Shown in pieces: positions 49,134 to 59,383 of a stretch of DNA of 64,000 bases. The notes under the pieces are model-generated. The model saw only the letters and a list, made by a program, of their open reading frames with translations, did no database searches and was not told the origin of the DNA. This stretch comes from Acidimicrobiia bacterium (GTDB taxonomy: Bacteria > Actinomycetota > Acidimicrobiia > Spongiisociales > Spongiisociaceae), in assembly GCA_041576165.1 (NCBI GenBank), contig JBFGLM010000003.1:32001-96000 (forward strand), given 5' to 3'. Both the position numbers and the translations under genes were made by a program. Position 1 is the first letter of the stretch, and each line of letters begins with the position of its first letter.

Positions 49134-49849
49134 TGCTGCTCGACGTCAAAGACCTGCGAACCGGGTACGGAACCCTGCCCGTCGTGCACGGGGTGTCCCT
49201 GTCGGTCGATCCGAATGAGGTCGTCGCGATCGTGGGGCCGAACGGGGCGGGCAAAACCTCGATAGTGAAGGCAATCATGGGCCAGCTGCCGCTGATGGGC
49301 GGCTCGGTCACGTTTGATGGCCGGGATCTCAGGCAGATTCGCCCGGCGGCGAGGCACCGGCTGGGTATGTCGACTGTTCCCCAGATCGGAAGCACATTTC
49401 CGGATCTCACCGTGGAGGACAATTTGCGGGTTTCGTTCTCGTCTCTGCCGCGTGACGAGATTGGCGGGGCCATCGAAGCGATCTATGAGATGTTCCCCGT
49501 CCTCAGCGAGCGACGCCGCCAGCTGGCGCGGACCCTGTCCGGCGGCGAACGGCAGATGCTGGCGTTTGGCTCCGGGGTCGGGACCCGCCCACGCTTCCTG
49601 GCGCTCGACGAGCCCACCACCGGGCTAGCCCCGACGATCATCGACAGTCTGGTTGAGAAGATCCTGGAGTACCGGCAGAGCGGCGCCTCCATACTGTGGG
49701 TCATCGAGGAAGAGCCGCTGTTGATTCTGCCCCACGTAGACCGGGTGTACGTCCTGAACTCGGGGGCCGTACAGGCGGAGATGCCGGCCCAAGAGCTCCT
49801 GGCAGACCGCTCGCTTCAATCGCTGTTCTTCGGCACGGAGACGATGTGA
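49133..49849 (+). CDS. HAAT ABC ATP-binding protein (LivF-like)
   Basis: GPNGAGKT, TLSGGERQML, LDEPTTGLAP. Confidence 0.92.
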   Translation: MLLDVKDLRTGYGTLPVVHGVSLSVDPNEVVAIVGPNGAGKTSIVKAIMGQLPLMGGSVTFDGRDLRQIRPAARHRLGMSTVPQIGSTFPDLTVEDNLRVSFSSLPRDEIGGAIEAIYEMFPVLSERRRQLARTLSGGERQMLAFGSGVGTRPRFLALDEPTTGLAPTIIDSLVEKILEYRQSGASILWVIEEEPLLILPHVDRVYVLNSGAVQAEMPAQELLADRSLQSLFFGTETM

Positions 49850-51054
49850 GTGCTTCCCTCCAGCCGCCGGTCTACCTCACGCCCTCCCGGATCGGCCCGC
49901 TGGAGGTAAAGAACCGCCTCGTCCGGGCCTCGACATCGGAGACCATGGCCACCGCTGCGGGCGACGCCACGGACATGCTCGCCGACCTCTATGGCGACCT
50001 GGCTGCCGGTGGTGCCGGGCTGCTGCTCACCGGCCACATCTATGTCGAGCCGCGAGGTCAGGCCAGCGCCGACCAGCCCGGCCTGTACGACGACCGCCAA
50101 ATCGCGCCGATGCAGAAGGTGACGGAGGCGGTTCATTCCAGCGGAGGTCTCATCTTTGCCGAGCTCGGCCACGCGGGGAGCCAGACGATGCTGCCGGAGG
50201 TCGGACCGATCGCTCCGTCGCCGACGGCCAACGAGATGTACGGTCTCCAACCCCGAGAAGCTACCGAGGATGACATCCAGGCGGTGATCGCTGCATTCGG
50301 AGATGCCGCCCGGCGCGCTCTAGCCGCAGGTTTCGATGGGATCCATATCCACGGCGGCAACGGGTACTTGATCTCGGAGTTCTCGTCGCCTTTGACCAAT
50401 CAGCGAGCCGACGCCTGGGGAGGGGATGGGCGCCGGCGTGGCCGGTTCCTGGGGGCTGTGTACGACGCAGTGCGGGCGGCTGTAGGCCCCCGCATGCCGG
50501 TGACCGCCCGGATCGGGATCGCCGACTCGATCCCGGGTGGTCTCGAGGTCGGTGAGAGCATCGATCGGGTCCGGGACCTGGCCGGACGCGGGCTGGATGC
50601 GGTCGAAGTGTCGTACGGCATCATGCGCAGCTACCTGGAGAACATCCGCCGCTATGTAGCGGTCGGGGCCAAGCAGGCAGCGGCCAATGGACTGGTCCAG
50701 CGGCTGTTCAGACCGAAGGGTGCCGAGGCGTACTACCGGGGGTTCGCCCACGCTGTCAAAGCCGCAGTCGAAATCCCGGTTATTCTCGTTGGCGGCATCC
50801 GTACCACCGAGACGATGACGGACGTACTCGAGTCGGGAGACGCCGATTTCCTGGCTATGGCGCGGCCCTTCATTCGAGAGCCGGATCTGCCCAACAAGCT
50901 TGCCGCGGGACGGACGGGGATGGTCGAATGTGTGTCCTGCAACATGTGTCTGGTGCACGACGGTTTCGACCCGCTCAGGTGTTGGAGGACCAGTCCGGCA
51001 GCGGTCGCCGCCCACGTCTATACACATTACGTGCGGGACCGGATCAAGCGCTGA
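49846..51054 (+). CDS. NADH:flavin oxidoreductase (Old Yellow Enzyme family)
   Basis: KNRLVRA, ELGHAG, AGFDGIHIHGGNGYLI, NQRADAWGG, ARPFIREPDLP, C-terminal CVSCNMC. Confidence 0.92.
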   Translation: MSASLQPPVYLTPSRIGPLEVKNRLVRASTSETMATAAGDATDMLADLYGDLAAGGAGLLLTGHIYVEPRGQASADQPGLYDDRQIAPMQKVTEAVHSSGGLIFAELGHAGSQTMLPEVGPIAPSPTANEMYGLQPREATEDDIQAVIAAFGDAARRALAAGFDGIHIHGGNGYLISEFSSPLTNQRADAWGGDGRRRGRFLGAVYDAVRAAVGPRMPVTARIGIADSIPGGLEVGESIDRVRDLAGRGLDAVEVSYGIMRSYLENIRRYVAVGAKQAAANGLVQRLFRPKGAEAYYRGFAHAVKAAVEIPVILVGGIRTTETMTDVLESGDADFLAMARPFIREPDLPNKLAAGRTGMVECVSCNMCLVHDGFDPLRCWRTSPAAVAAHVYTHYVRDRIKR

Positions 51055-51130
51055 TCACCGAATGGCGCGACCCTGCCGATGGTCCGGTACGAGAGAGCGT
51101 GGGTGCGGTGGTATGAGCCGGCGGCCCCGC

Positions 51131-52657
51131 CTACGAGTCGATTTCGCGGCCCGCCATCGCCATTGCCAGTGAGTCCTCGCTGATGGACTCGGCCGGCCCG
51201 CTCAGCATGGCCCGTCCGCGATACATGACCACGATCCGATCGGCGAGTTTGAACAACTCCTCCAGGTCGAGCGACAGCAGGAGAATCGATCCGCCGCGAT
51301 CGCGCAGCCCCAACAGCCGGCGATGCACATAGTCGATCGCACCGACATCGAGGCCCCATGTTGGGTTGTCCGCCACGAGGATCGTGGGGTCGCGCGACAT
51401 CTCTCGAGCCAGCACCACCTTCTGCTGATTCCCTCCGGACAGGCTGCCCGCGGTGACGGTGGGGTCGGGTGGGCGCACGTCATACTGCTCGAGCAGGTCC
51501 GTCGCAGTCCGCCGCACCTCCGACCAGTTGATCATGCCGCGGCGCCGGAACCGGCCGGCCGCGAGGTCGCTGATCGTCACGTTCTCTGCCAGCGTCATGT
51601 CGAGTATCAAACCGAGGCCCTGGCGGTCCTCAGGGATGGCTCGCAGACCTGCCAGCCGGCGGTCAACCGGGCTCATCGCCGACACCTCCCGGCCGGAGAT
51701 CACGATTGTGCCGGCGTCCACTTCGCGAATTCCGAGTAAGGCGTCGACCAGTTCTCGCTGGCCGTTGCCTTCGACGCCGGCGATCCCCAGAATTTCACCG
51801 GCGCGTACTTCGAGGGCGAGACCATCGACGGCCACGCCATGCCCGTGGGCGGCGGCCACCACGAGACCGTCGATCTGCAAGACCGGTGGTGAGGAGTCGG
51901 CCTCGGTTTCGGCCCGGGGAGGTAGCGCCTCCCGCTCTCGCCCCGTCATCGCCCGCGCCAGGCTTCGCTCATCGAATTCACCCCGGCTCAGCGACGCCAC
52001 CCGCTCGCCGCGGCGCAGTACCGTCACCCGATCGGCCACCTCCATCACCTCGGCCAGCTTGTGAGTGACGAGGATGATCGAGTTACCCCGATCACGCAGC
52101 TGGGCCAGGATCGACAACAGGTTCTCGATCTGAGTCGGACCAAGCAGCGACGTTGGTTCGTCCATGATCAGAGTCTGCGCGCCCCGGAACATGGCTTTGA
52201 TGATCTCGACCCGCTGCTGGAGGTCGACGGGCAAATCCTCGACCGGTGTGGCCGGCTCGATCGGCATGCCCAGCTCCGTTGCCCGAGCCGCCACTTGCTC
52301 CTCGATGTCGGAGGCACGCAACCGGAAATCGGTGACACGACCGACACCCAACATCACGTTCTCGGCGACCGTGAAGGACGGCACGAGACTGAAGTGCTGA
52401 TGGACCATCCCGATTCCGCGATCAATTGCATCGTGAGGGGTGTTGATCGTGACCGTCTCGCCACCGATGGCGATGGTGCCGGCATCCTGGCGAATGTGTC
52501 CGAACAGGATGTTCATGAGCGTCGTTTTGCCTGCGCCGTTCTCACCCAGGAGGACGTGGATTTCGCCCGGCATGAGGTCGAAATCCACGTTGTGGTTCGC
52601 CACTGTGTCGCCAAAGCGCTTGTTGATACCCCTCATCCCGACGATGGCAGCGGTCAT
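51131..52657 (-). CDS. Nucleoside/sugar-type ABC ATP-binding protein (two fused domains)
   Basis: LLGENGAGKTTLM, GMVHQHF, IAGVEGNGQ, LSGGNQQKVVLARE, PTWGLDVGA. Confidence 0.93.
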   Translation of the reverse strand: MTAAIVGMRGINKRFGDTVANHNVDFDLMPGEIHVLLGENGAGKTTLMNILFGHIRQDAGTIAIGGETVTINTPHDAIDRGIGMVHQHFSLVPSFTVAENVMLGVGRVTDFRLRASDIEEQVAARATELGMPIEPATPVEDLPVDLQQRVEIIKAMFRGAQTLIMDEPTSLLGPTQIENLLSILAQLRDRGNSIILVTHKLAEVMEVADRVTVLRRGERVASLSRGEFDERSLARAMTGREREALPPRAETEADSSPPVLQIDGLVVAAAHGHGVAVDGLALEVRAGEILGIAGVEGNGQRELVDALLGIREVDAGTIVISGREVSAMSPVDRRLAGLRAIPEDRQGLGLILDMTLAENVTISDLAAGRFRRRGMINWSEVRRTATDLLEQYDVRPPDPTVTAGSLSGGNQQKVVLAREMSRDPTILVADNPTWGLDVGAIDYVHRRLLGLRDRGGSILLLSLDLEELFKLADRIVVMYRGRAMLSGPAESISEDSLAMAMAGREIDS

Positions 52658-54939
52658 GGCCGCTCGCTCTCGTCGGGCCGGTTGTGGATGGCCCGCCAGA
52701 CTCTTTCCGGCCGCAGGGGCAGGTCGAGATGCCGTACGCCGAAGGGGCGGAGGGCATCGATGACGGCGCTGTGGATGGCCGGCGTGGAGCCGAGGGTTCC
52801 CGCCTCCCCGACGCCTTTGGCGCCCAGGGGATTGTGCGGTGTCGGGGTCACGTGACTGATAGTACGGAGGTTGGGCAGATCGGTGGCGGCGGGAACGAAG
52901 TAGCTGATCAGGTTGGTGGTCAATGGTTGGCCCTCGGAGCCGAAGCGGGCGTGCTCGAAGAGCGCCTGGCCGGCTCCTTGCGCCACACCGCCGTGTTGCT
53001 GGCCTTTGACGAGCATCGGATTGATAACGGTGCCGCAGTCGTCGACCGCGGTGTGTTCTACCAGCCGGACCCACCCAGTTTCGGTGTCCACTTCGACGAC
53101 TGCGACATGCGTCCCAAATGGATAGGTCGCCGCGCCTTGAGGGTGTTCGACTTCCGCTGCCAGCGGGGAAGAATCTTTTTCGGTGGCTGCCTGGGCGAGG
53201 TCCCCCCACGCAATGGCAGTATGCGGCGCTCCCGCCACCCCGAGGCCGACGCCGGGCACGACCGTGATGTCGGCGACCGCCGCCTCCAGCAGATCGGCAG
53301 CAAGCTCGCGCGCCCGATCCACGACCGCATTGCTGGCGACAAACAGCGAGCTACCCGCAAGTTGCACCGTACGAGACGCGTACGTGCCTCCACCGCGCGG
53401 GACCTGGTCGGTGTCTCCCTGCACAACAGTGACCCGATCGAGCGGTATCTCGAAGCGGTCCGCCACGATCTGCGCGAATGCGGTGGCATGGCCCTGTCCG
53501 TGGTTGGCGCCGCCGGCCCGGGCGACGATCGTTCCGTCCCGGGCGACCTCGACGGATCCCAACTCATGTAGCGGGGTCTTGCCAACGGTCACCTCCACGT
53601 AGCAGCCAACACCGACGCCGAGTTGGAGCCGGTCGCCATGGGCGCGACGGGCGTCCCGCTCCGCTATCCATGCTCGATGTGACGACCGGTCCAGCGCAAG
53701 ATCCAATGCCGAGCCGTAATCACCCGAGTCGTACTCAGTTCCGATGGCGGTGGTGACCGGATCCGTGAAAGGCGGCTGCAGGTTCAATCGTCGCAGTTCC
53801 ACCGGATCCATTCCTAGCTCCAGCGCCAGCAGGTCCATCGCTCGTTCGATGGCCTGGATCGCTTCGGGCCGGCCAGCGCCACGATACGGTCCGGTTGGTG
53901 TCGTGTTCGTGACCACGGACCGAAACGAGGCTGCGGCCCGCGGTATGTCGTAGCAGCCGCACGCCATCTCGAGGGTGTAGCGCGGCAGCCAGGTCGCAAC
54001 GCCTGGATAGGCGCCCAGGTCGGCGACGACATCGAGCTGAAAGCCCCGCAGCCGGCCCTCCTGCGTCGCCCCCAGCCGGATGCGCTGGACCTGCGCCCGG
54101 CCGTGCACCATGTTGATGAAGTTCTCCGTCCGCCGTTCGACCCATCGCACCGGCCGGCCGAGCCGGCGCGCCGACTCCGCAACCACCGCATGTTCCACGA
54201 GCAGGTCGCCCTTGGCCCCGAAACCCCCGCCGACGTCCGGCGCTATGATCCGCAGCTGGTCCGAGTCGATCCGCAACATGGCGGCGAGGCTCGTGCGGGT
54301 GTTGAACACATCTTGGGTCGAAAGCCACACGGTGAGGCGCCCATCTGCGTCGACAGTCGCCAAGCAGCCGGAGCCTTCCAGCGGCACTGGCGCCAGCCGC
54401 TGGTTGACGAGCCGGTGCTCGACCACGACCTCCGACCCGGCCAGTGCATCCCCGTCGAACCCGGACCGCTCTTCCAAAGCGATGTTGCTGCCCAAGTCCT
54501 CAAAGAGGATGGGCGCATCTGCGGCCATGGCGGCGATCGGGTCCACGGTGGCCGGCAGCTCGTCGATCTCGGCATAGATGAGACCGGCCGCGTCCGCCGC
54601 GATCCGCTCGCTCTCGGCGATGACCACTGCGTAGGGATCACCCACGTAGCGGACGGTGGCCGCGAGCGGCGGACGGGCGCATTCCGGTGGCGCTCCCCAG
54701 ATCTGCAAGGGCGCCAGATCGAGTTCGTGGGCCGTGAGAACCGCGACGACACCGTCGGCAGACCGGGCCGCCTCGACCTCGACCGAACGGACCCGGCCGT
54801 GGGGAAGGTCGGAACGGGCGAACACCGCGTGGAGCACGCCCGCTGGAGTCATGTCGCCGACATAGGCGCCGGCGCCCCGTATGAGTCGAGGGTCTTCGCG
54901 GCGAGTCACGGCTCGCCCGAGAATGCTGCCGCCCGTCAT
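52654..54939 (-). CDS. Molybdenum hydroxylase large subunit 3 (no adjacent M/S subunit)
   Basis: DVGGGFGAK, PYRGAGRPE, HGQGH, YASRT, GAKGVGEAG. Confidence 0.92.
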   Translation of the reverse strand: MTGGSILGRAVTRREDPRLIRGAGAYVGDMTPAGVLHAVFARSDLPHGRVRSVEVEAARSADGVVAVLTAHELDLAPLQIWGAPPECARPPLAATVRYVGDPYAVVIAESERIAADAAGLIYAEIDELPATVDPIAAMAADAPILFEDLGSNIALEERSGFDGDALAGSEVVVEHRLVNQRLAPVPLEGSGCLATVDADGRLTVWLSTQDVFNTRTSLAAMLRIDSDQLRIIAPDVGGGFGAKGDLLVEHAVVAESARRLGRPVRWVERRTENFINMVHGRAQVQRIRLGATQEGRLRGFQLDVVADLGAYPGVATWLPRYTLEMACGCYDIPRAAASFRSVVTNTTPTGPYRGAGRPEAIQAIERAMDLLALELGMDPVELRRLNLQPPFTDPVTTAIGTEYDSGDYGSALDLALDRSSHRAWIAERDARRAHGDRLQLGVGVGCYVEVTVGKTPLHELGSVEVARDGTIVARAGGANHGQGHATAFAQIVADRFEIPLDRVTVVQGDTDQVPRGGGTYASRTVQLAGSSLFVASNAVVDRARELAADLLEAAVADITVVPGVGLGVAGAPHTAIAWGDLAQAATEKDSSPLAAEVEHPQGAATYPFGTHVAVVEVDTETGWVRLVEHTAVDDCGTVINPMLVKGQQHGGVAQGAGQALFEHARFGSEGQPLTTNLISYFVPAATDLPNLRTISHVTPTPHNPLGAKGVGEAGTLGSTPAIHSAVIDALRPFGVRHLDLPLRPERVWRAIHNRPDESERP

Positions 54940-54963
54940 GGTGCCGGAACCGGGCGCCGCCGC

Positions 54964-56337
54964 TCAGTCAGGGCAATAACCAATCAGATCGAGCAGCACC
55001 TTCGCGCCGGGCACCAGCAGCGGTCCGCCGATCTCCAGGGTTGTCGAGGCTGGCTTGTCACCGTCGAAATGAGCCGCCCACTCCTCGATGCTCTGCGCGA
55101 ACCACTGAAAATCGGCATGAAACGCCTGCCGCCGGCAGATCTGGTCGAGGCTGGTCCCGGCCGCCTCACAGATCTTGGCGACGTTGTCCAGCATGTAGCG
55201 CATCTGCAGCTTGGGCGGCTGTCCATACCACGGGAAGTTGGGATGGCGCTCTGTCGACTCTTCCAACGACCCTTTGTGGTTGAACGGCAGGGTGGTCGAG
55301 AAGAACAGGAACTTCCCGGCCTTGACCGCCTGCGGTTCGTGCCCCAACCCTGGGGGCGCCTTGGTTGTTTCGATGGTTTCGATCTCCAGGTCGGAGTCGC
55401 CGGCCAGCAACTTGAAGGCGATCTCGATCCGGCTGCCTTTCCCGCCGAGTCCCATGTAGGGGATCACTACCCGGGCCGGTGGGTTCTCCGGAAACCAGTG
55501 ACGCCACACCTTGTCCATGCCTTCGAAATCACGCGGGTGCCCCAGATAGACCGTGGCCTTCACGGCTCGATCGAGCGACGTGCCGGCGGCATCCGCGATC
55601 GCCGCCTGTTTCTTGAGCACGTAGTCGGTGTGCGTCTCGATGTCGGAGTGGTACCAGAACAGCGGGTTGCGGCGTGCCTCCAGGGCGATGCCGCTCGGCT
55701 CGCCGTAATACTCGGACCTACCGAAATCGCCTACCCAATCGACCGGGATCTCGCCCGCCAGGAAGACCCAGTCGCCGCGGCGGATCGCCGGGCTGTACCC
55801 CGCCAACGGTGACGGCGTCCCTTCGGGAACCTCATAGCCGATGCTCGGGCCGGGATGCACCTCCGGGTCCATCCCGATCATGTCCACCTCGAGGATCGTG
55901 TCTTTCACCAGCAGCCCGGTTTCCCGAATGCCCATCCCGGTTGACGCAGGGCGCGGCTCCTCGATGAACTCGTTGCGGGTCAAGAGGTAGGGCATGATGT
56001 CGATGCGGGGCCAGGTGTTGCCCTGATCGAACTCGTCCATCGTGGGATACGGAGACGTGAACCACTGGTAGATGCGAACGATATCGGAGCTGATGTCTAT
56101 ACCGGCGGCTTCCGCCGTCCTCTGCAAGTTCTGCAGGACGTAGCGGGACTGGATCTCCAGCTGGTTCTCCACATAGCGGTTGCGCCCATCGCCGCCTGCC
56201 TCGGGCGCCAGCCCGGTCTCGAAATCAGACGCGAGCTGGCCGGCAAAGAACACCCAACCTCCCGCCTTGATGGCTGGGCTATACGGCATCAACGGCTTCG
56301 GCTCATCTCCCCATACTGCGGTGCGGTCGCTCGCCAC
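54964..56337 (-). CDS. Divergent triple-domain Rid-like protein
   Basis: Three units: PYSPAIKAGGWVFFAGQLA..RPASTG; GYSPAIRRGDWVFLAGE..PPARVV; EPQAVKAGKFLFFS..KPASTT. Confidence 0.85.
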   Translation of the reverse strand: MASDRTAVWGDEPKPLMPYSPAIKAGGWVFFAGQLASDFETGLAPEAGGDGRNRYVENQLEIQSRYVLQNLQRTAEAAGIDISSDIVRIYQWFTSPYPTMDEFDQGNTWPRIDIMPYLLTRNEFIEEPRPASTGMGIRETGLLVKDTILEVDMIGMDPEVHPGPSIGYEVPEGTPSPLAGYSPAIRRGDWVFLAGEIPVDWVGDFGRSEYYGEPSGIALEARRNPLFWYHSDIETHTDYVLKKQAAIADAAGTSLDRAVKATVYLGHPRDFEGMDKVWRHWFPENPPARVVIPYMGLGGKGSRIEIAFKLLAGDSDLEIETIETTKAPPGLGHEPQAVKAGKFLFFSTTLPFNHKGSLEESTERHPNFPWYGQPPKLQMRYMLDNVAKICEAAGTSLDQICRRQAFHADFQWFAQSIEEWAAHFDGDKPASTTLEIGGPLLVPGAKVLLDLIGYCPD

Positions 56338-56365
56338 AGCACGCCTCCCTTCTGTTGTCGACTGT

Positions 56366-57169
56366 TCAGACCGAAGCCGCGTCGAGCAGCCCTGTCGCCT
56401 CGGTGATCTCGGTTATGCCGCGCAGGTCGTCGGGCAGCTCCATTCCCCTACGGGCGTAGTACTCGGCGAGAAGCGCCGGGGCGTCGACTACCAGGCCGAG
56501 GTGGAGCGAGATGACTTGAAGCGCCGCGTTCTCCGCGATCTCGGAGTAGCCGGCGACAATGTCGCGCGGCACGATGACCCGGAAGTCCAGGTTGGCCGCG
56601 TCGAACGCCGTCGACAGAACGCAGGCGTCGGTGTAGGTGCCGGTCAGGATGACGTTGTGAACATCGAGGTTCCGTAGCAAGAATTCCAGGTCGGTCGGGT
56701 AGAAAGCCGATAGCCGCTTCTTGGTCCGGATGTAGTAGTCGCCCTCGATCTCCTCGGTCATCAGGTCGAGCCATTTCGTGCCCTCCCACGAGTGCTCGTC
56801 CATCAGCTCGTTGTCCTCGATATAGAGGTAATAGAGCACCCGCCAGTTGGCCATGCGGTTGTGTTTGCGGTTGTTCAGATCGTCAATACCGCCGTAGCGC
56901 TGCCAGTGCTGAACGTGAATCACGGGCATGCCGAGGTTGCGGCACTCGGCATGGAAGCGATCGTGGGCGGGGATACGGGCGCGGGCGCGTGGTGCCGGAA
57001 GCGTCAACCGCTCGTCGGGACCGACATGGCCCCGGTGCATGTCGATCTCGACCACCGCAGTCTTGTCGGGGTCGAGCCAGGTTTCGAACGCGTCGTCGTA
57101 GTCAGGGACGCCGCTCGGGAGGACCAGCTTGCGCCCGTCCTCCATGTAGCAGTACAGCTCGGTTTGCAT
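56366..57169 (-). CDS. Isochorismatase-like cysteine hydrolase
   Basis: AVVEIDM (Asp), KKRLSAFYPTDL (Lys), TGTYTDACVLSTAFDA (Cys) catalytic triad. Confidence 0.9.
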   Translation of the reverse strand: MQTELYCYMEDGRKLVLPSGVPDYDDAFETWLDPDKTAVVEIDMHRGHVGPDERLTLPAPRARARIPAHDRFHAECRNLGMPVIHVQHWQRYGGIDDLNNRKHNRMANWRVLYYLYIEDNELMDEHSWEGTKWLDLMTEEIEGDYYIRTKKRLSAFYPTDLEFLLRNLDVHNVILTGTYTDACVLSTAFDAANLDFRVIVPRDIVAGYSEIAENAALQVISLHLGLVVDAPALLAEYYARRGMELPDDLRGITEITEATGLLDAASV

Positions 57170-57184
57170 TCGTGATCTCCGTTC

Positions 57185-58372
57185 TCAGGCGGCGCAGCCG
57201 ATCGAAGCCGGGTCGATCGCCTCGCCATCGCCCTGCAGACCGATGGTCGGGCTGCCGGCCGTCTCGTCAGGGATGGTGATTGACCCGGACCGGACCGCCT
57301 CCACGATCGAGTCGTAGGTGGCACGTTCCTCGTCAGACAGCAGACCGGCGATGTTCTCGTACAGCGGCGCCGCGATTTCCGGGTTGTTGGTGGCGTCGAA
57401 CTCGATGAAGTCTTTCGCTCCGATCTCGCCGTTGGCGGCTCGTTCGATCACTTGCTGGGAAGTGAAGGTGAGCCCGTGGATCGCAGATGTCAACACCACG
57501 TCCGGGCCGAGTTCCTGGCTCTCGTAGTAGGACGGTATGACCCAGACCTGGCTGTCTGACTGTTCGGCTGCCTCCAGGATGCCGAAGACCGCCGAGTCGG
57601 TGGCAGACAAGATCACGTCTGCACCTCCGGCGATTTCGGACTGGGCCGCCGACTTGGCAATGGCTGTGTCGATCCACGTGTCGATGTATTGCTGGCTGAA
57701 CTCGATGTCCGGGTTCACGCACCGCGCACCGAGCACGAACGCCTCGGGTTGACGGGTCAGTCCGGGGAACTCGAACCCGTTGAGCGAAGCAATGTGGCCG
57801 GTGTCGGTCACCAGTGCGGCCAGCACCCCTGCGAAGAAGTTGGCGTTGTGTTGAGCCGGGTCGACCCAGCACAGATTGTCCGGCTGGTTATCGCCTCCGG
57901 TCGCGTCGCCGGGGTGGTGTGGAGCGAGGCACACCTGGACGTCCGGGAACTGCTCCGCCAGCGTGATGGCGGGATCCACCATGGCGCCGTGGGCGATGAG
58001 GATGAAGTCGAAGCCTTGCCCGGCAAAGGCTGCTCCCTGCTGCACCACGGCGTCGGGATCGTTGAGCAGATCGACGGACTCGACCACGATGTTCGGGTTG
58101 TTGGCCATGGCCTGCTTGGCCCCGTCGAACCAGGCATTCGACCAGGAGAGGTCGTCCTCGGTGCCCGGGTAGATCAATGCCACCCGGAAAGGCTCGCCGC
58201 TCGGTTCGGCTTCGGTCGCCGCCGTCGTTTCCTCCGGCGCGGTGGTGCCTTCGGGTGCGGCGGTAGTCGCGGTTTCCTCGTCGCCGTCGCCACAAGCCGC
58301 CAGCACCATCACCAGGGCCGTGGCAAGGGCAAGTAGGCGGAGGAACCCGTCGATTGACCGTAGGTCGCCCAT
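57185..58372 (-). CDS. BMP/PnrA-family ABC substrate-binding lipoprotein
   Basis: Lipobox LAAC-G, DDLSWSNA, FFAGVLAA, GADVI. Confidence 0.9.
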   Translation of the reverse strand: MGDLRSIDGFLRLLALATALVMVLAACGDGDEETATTAAPEGTTAPEETTAATEAEPSGEPFRVALIYPGTEDDLSWSNAWFDGAKQAMANNPNIVVESVDLLNDPDAVVQQGAAFAGQGFDFILIAHGAMVDPAITLAEQFPDVQVCLAPHHPGDATGGDNQPDNLCWVDPAQHNANFFAGVLAALVTDTGHIASLNGFEFPGLTRQPEAFVLGARCVNPDIEFSQQYIDTWIDTAIAKSAAQSEIAGGADVILSATDSAVFGILEAAEQSDSQVWVIPSYYESQELGPDVVLTSAIHGLTFTSQQVIERAANGEIGAKDFIEFDATNNPEIAAPLYENIAGLLSDEERATYDSIVEAVRSGSITIPDETAGSPTIGLQGDGEAIDPASIGCAA

Positions 58373-58453
58373 GATCTCCTCCCAAGTCGATCTGATGTCT
58401 TTGAGTCAGACAAAAGGCACTTTACTGAAGATGAATGCCGCGTGCCCGGGTGG

Positions 58454-59383
58454 TCAGGCAGACTCGCTCTGGGCCCGGTACGGAATGCCGACCGCGGCCG
58501 GGTAGGTGGATCCCGGAGCGAACACCACGGCGACGGTGGTGACCAGGTAGGGCAGCGCCACCCACAGTTGGGTCGGGATCGATGCCAAGGCGTCCAGCTG
58601 GTTGGCCAGAAACTGGAGCCCCTGCGTGAGTCCGAAGCCGAGCGCATAGATGACAACCCACTTCGGTCGCCATTTGGCGAGGACGACCACGCCCAGTGCG
58701 ATGAACCCGCGGCCGGCGGTCATTCCCGGGATGAATCCACCAGAGGTGCTGAGGACGAGGGCGGCCCCGCCGAGAGCGGCGAATACGCACCCGATGACGA
58801 CGGCTGGATACCGTAGGCGACGGACGTCGAGGCCGCCGGATTCGGCGGCCAGCGGGCGCTCACCGGCCGAGCGGGCGTAGAGCCCCCACCAGGTGCGGTT
58901 GAGGAGCCAGTGCACCCCGACTGCTAGTCCGAGCGCCAGGTAGAGCATGATGTTCTGGTCGCCGAGGACGTCGCCGATCCAGCGGATGTCCGTGATCAAA
59001 GGCAGTTCGATCGATCCCAGCGTCTCGCCGTTCTGGCCGGCGAGGTACCGCGAGTGGAGGGTGGCCGTGAAACCGAGCGCGAATATGTTGAACATGAGGC
59101 CGGTCACGATCTGATCGGTGCCTCGTCGGACGTAGAGGTAGGCCAGGATGGCACCGCTGAACAACCCCGACCCGGCTCCGGTGACGATGGCCAGGGGCAC
59201 GTTGCCGATCTGAATCCCGATGAAGGCGGTGAAGAGAGCTCCGATCAGCATGGCGCCTTCGATCCCGACGTTGAGGACCCCGGCCTTTTCTGCCACGGCC
59301 TCGCCCAGCGCAGCCAGCAGAATCGGCACCGCGAGCTGGATCCCGATGACGAAGAACGCGATCACGAGCGCTTCAGTGAGCAT
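58454..59383 (-). CDS. Nucleoside-type ABC permease
   Basis: EKAGVLNVGIEG, GRGFIAL, ALPYLVT. Confidence 0.92.
   Translation of the reverse strand: MLTEALVIAFFVIGIQLAVPILLAALGEAVAEKAGVLNVGIEGAMLIGALFTAFIGIQIGNVPLAIVTGAGSGLFSGAILAYLYVRRGTDQIVTGLMFNIFALGFTATLHSRYLAGQNGETLGSIELPLITDIRWIGDVLGDQNIMLYLALGLAVGVHWLLNRTWWGLYARSAGERPLAAESGGLDVRRLRYPAVVIGCVFAALGGAALVLSTSGGFIPGMTAGRGFIALGVVVLAKWRPKWVVIYALGFGLTQGLQFLANQLDALASIPTQLWVALPYLVTTVAVVFAPGSTYPAAVGIPYRAQSESA

Noticed and set aside
51131-53209. 692-aa N-terminally extended ABC ATPase
   Set aside because: The extension overlaps the L3 gene in another frame. The true start is the coupled ATG at 52657.
37829-54939. Aerobic CO dehydrogenase (coxMSL)
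   Set aside because: None of the three large subunits has the form I AYxCSFR loop (they read PYRGVSR, TYRAPGR, PYRGAGR), and there are no coxDEFG genes.
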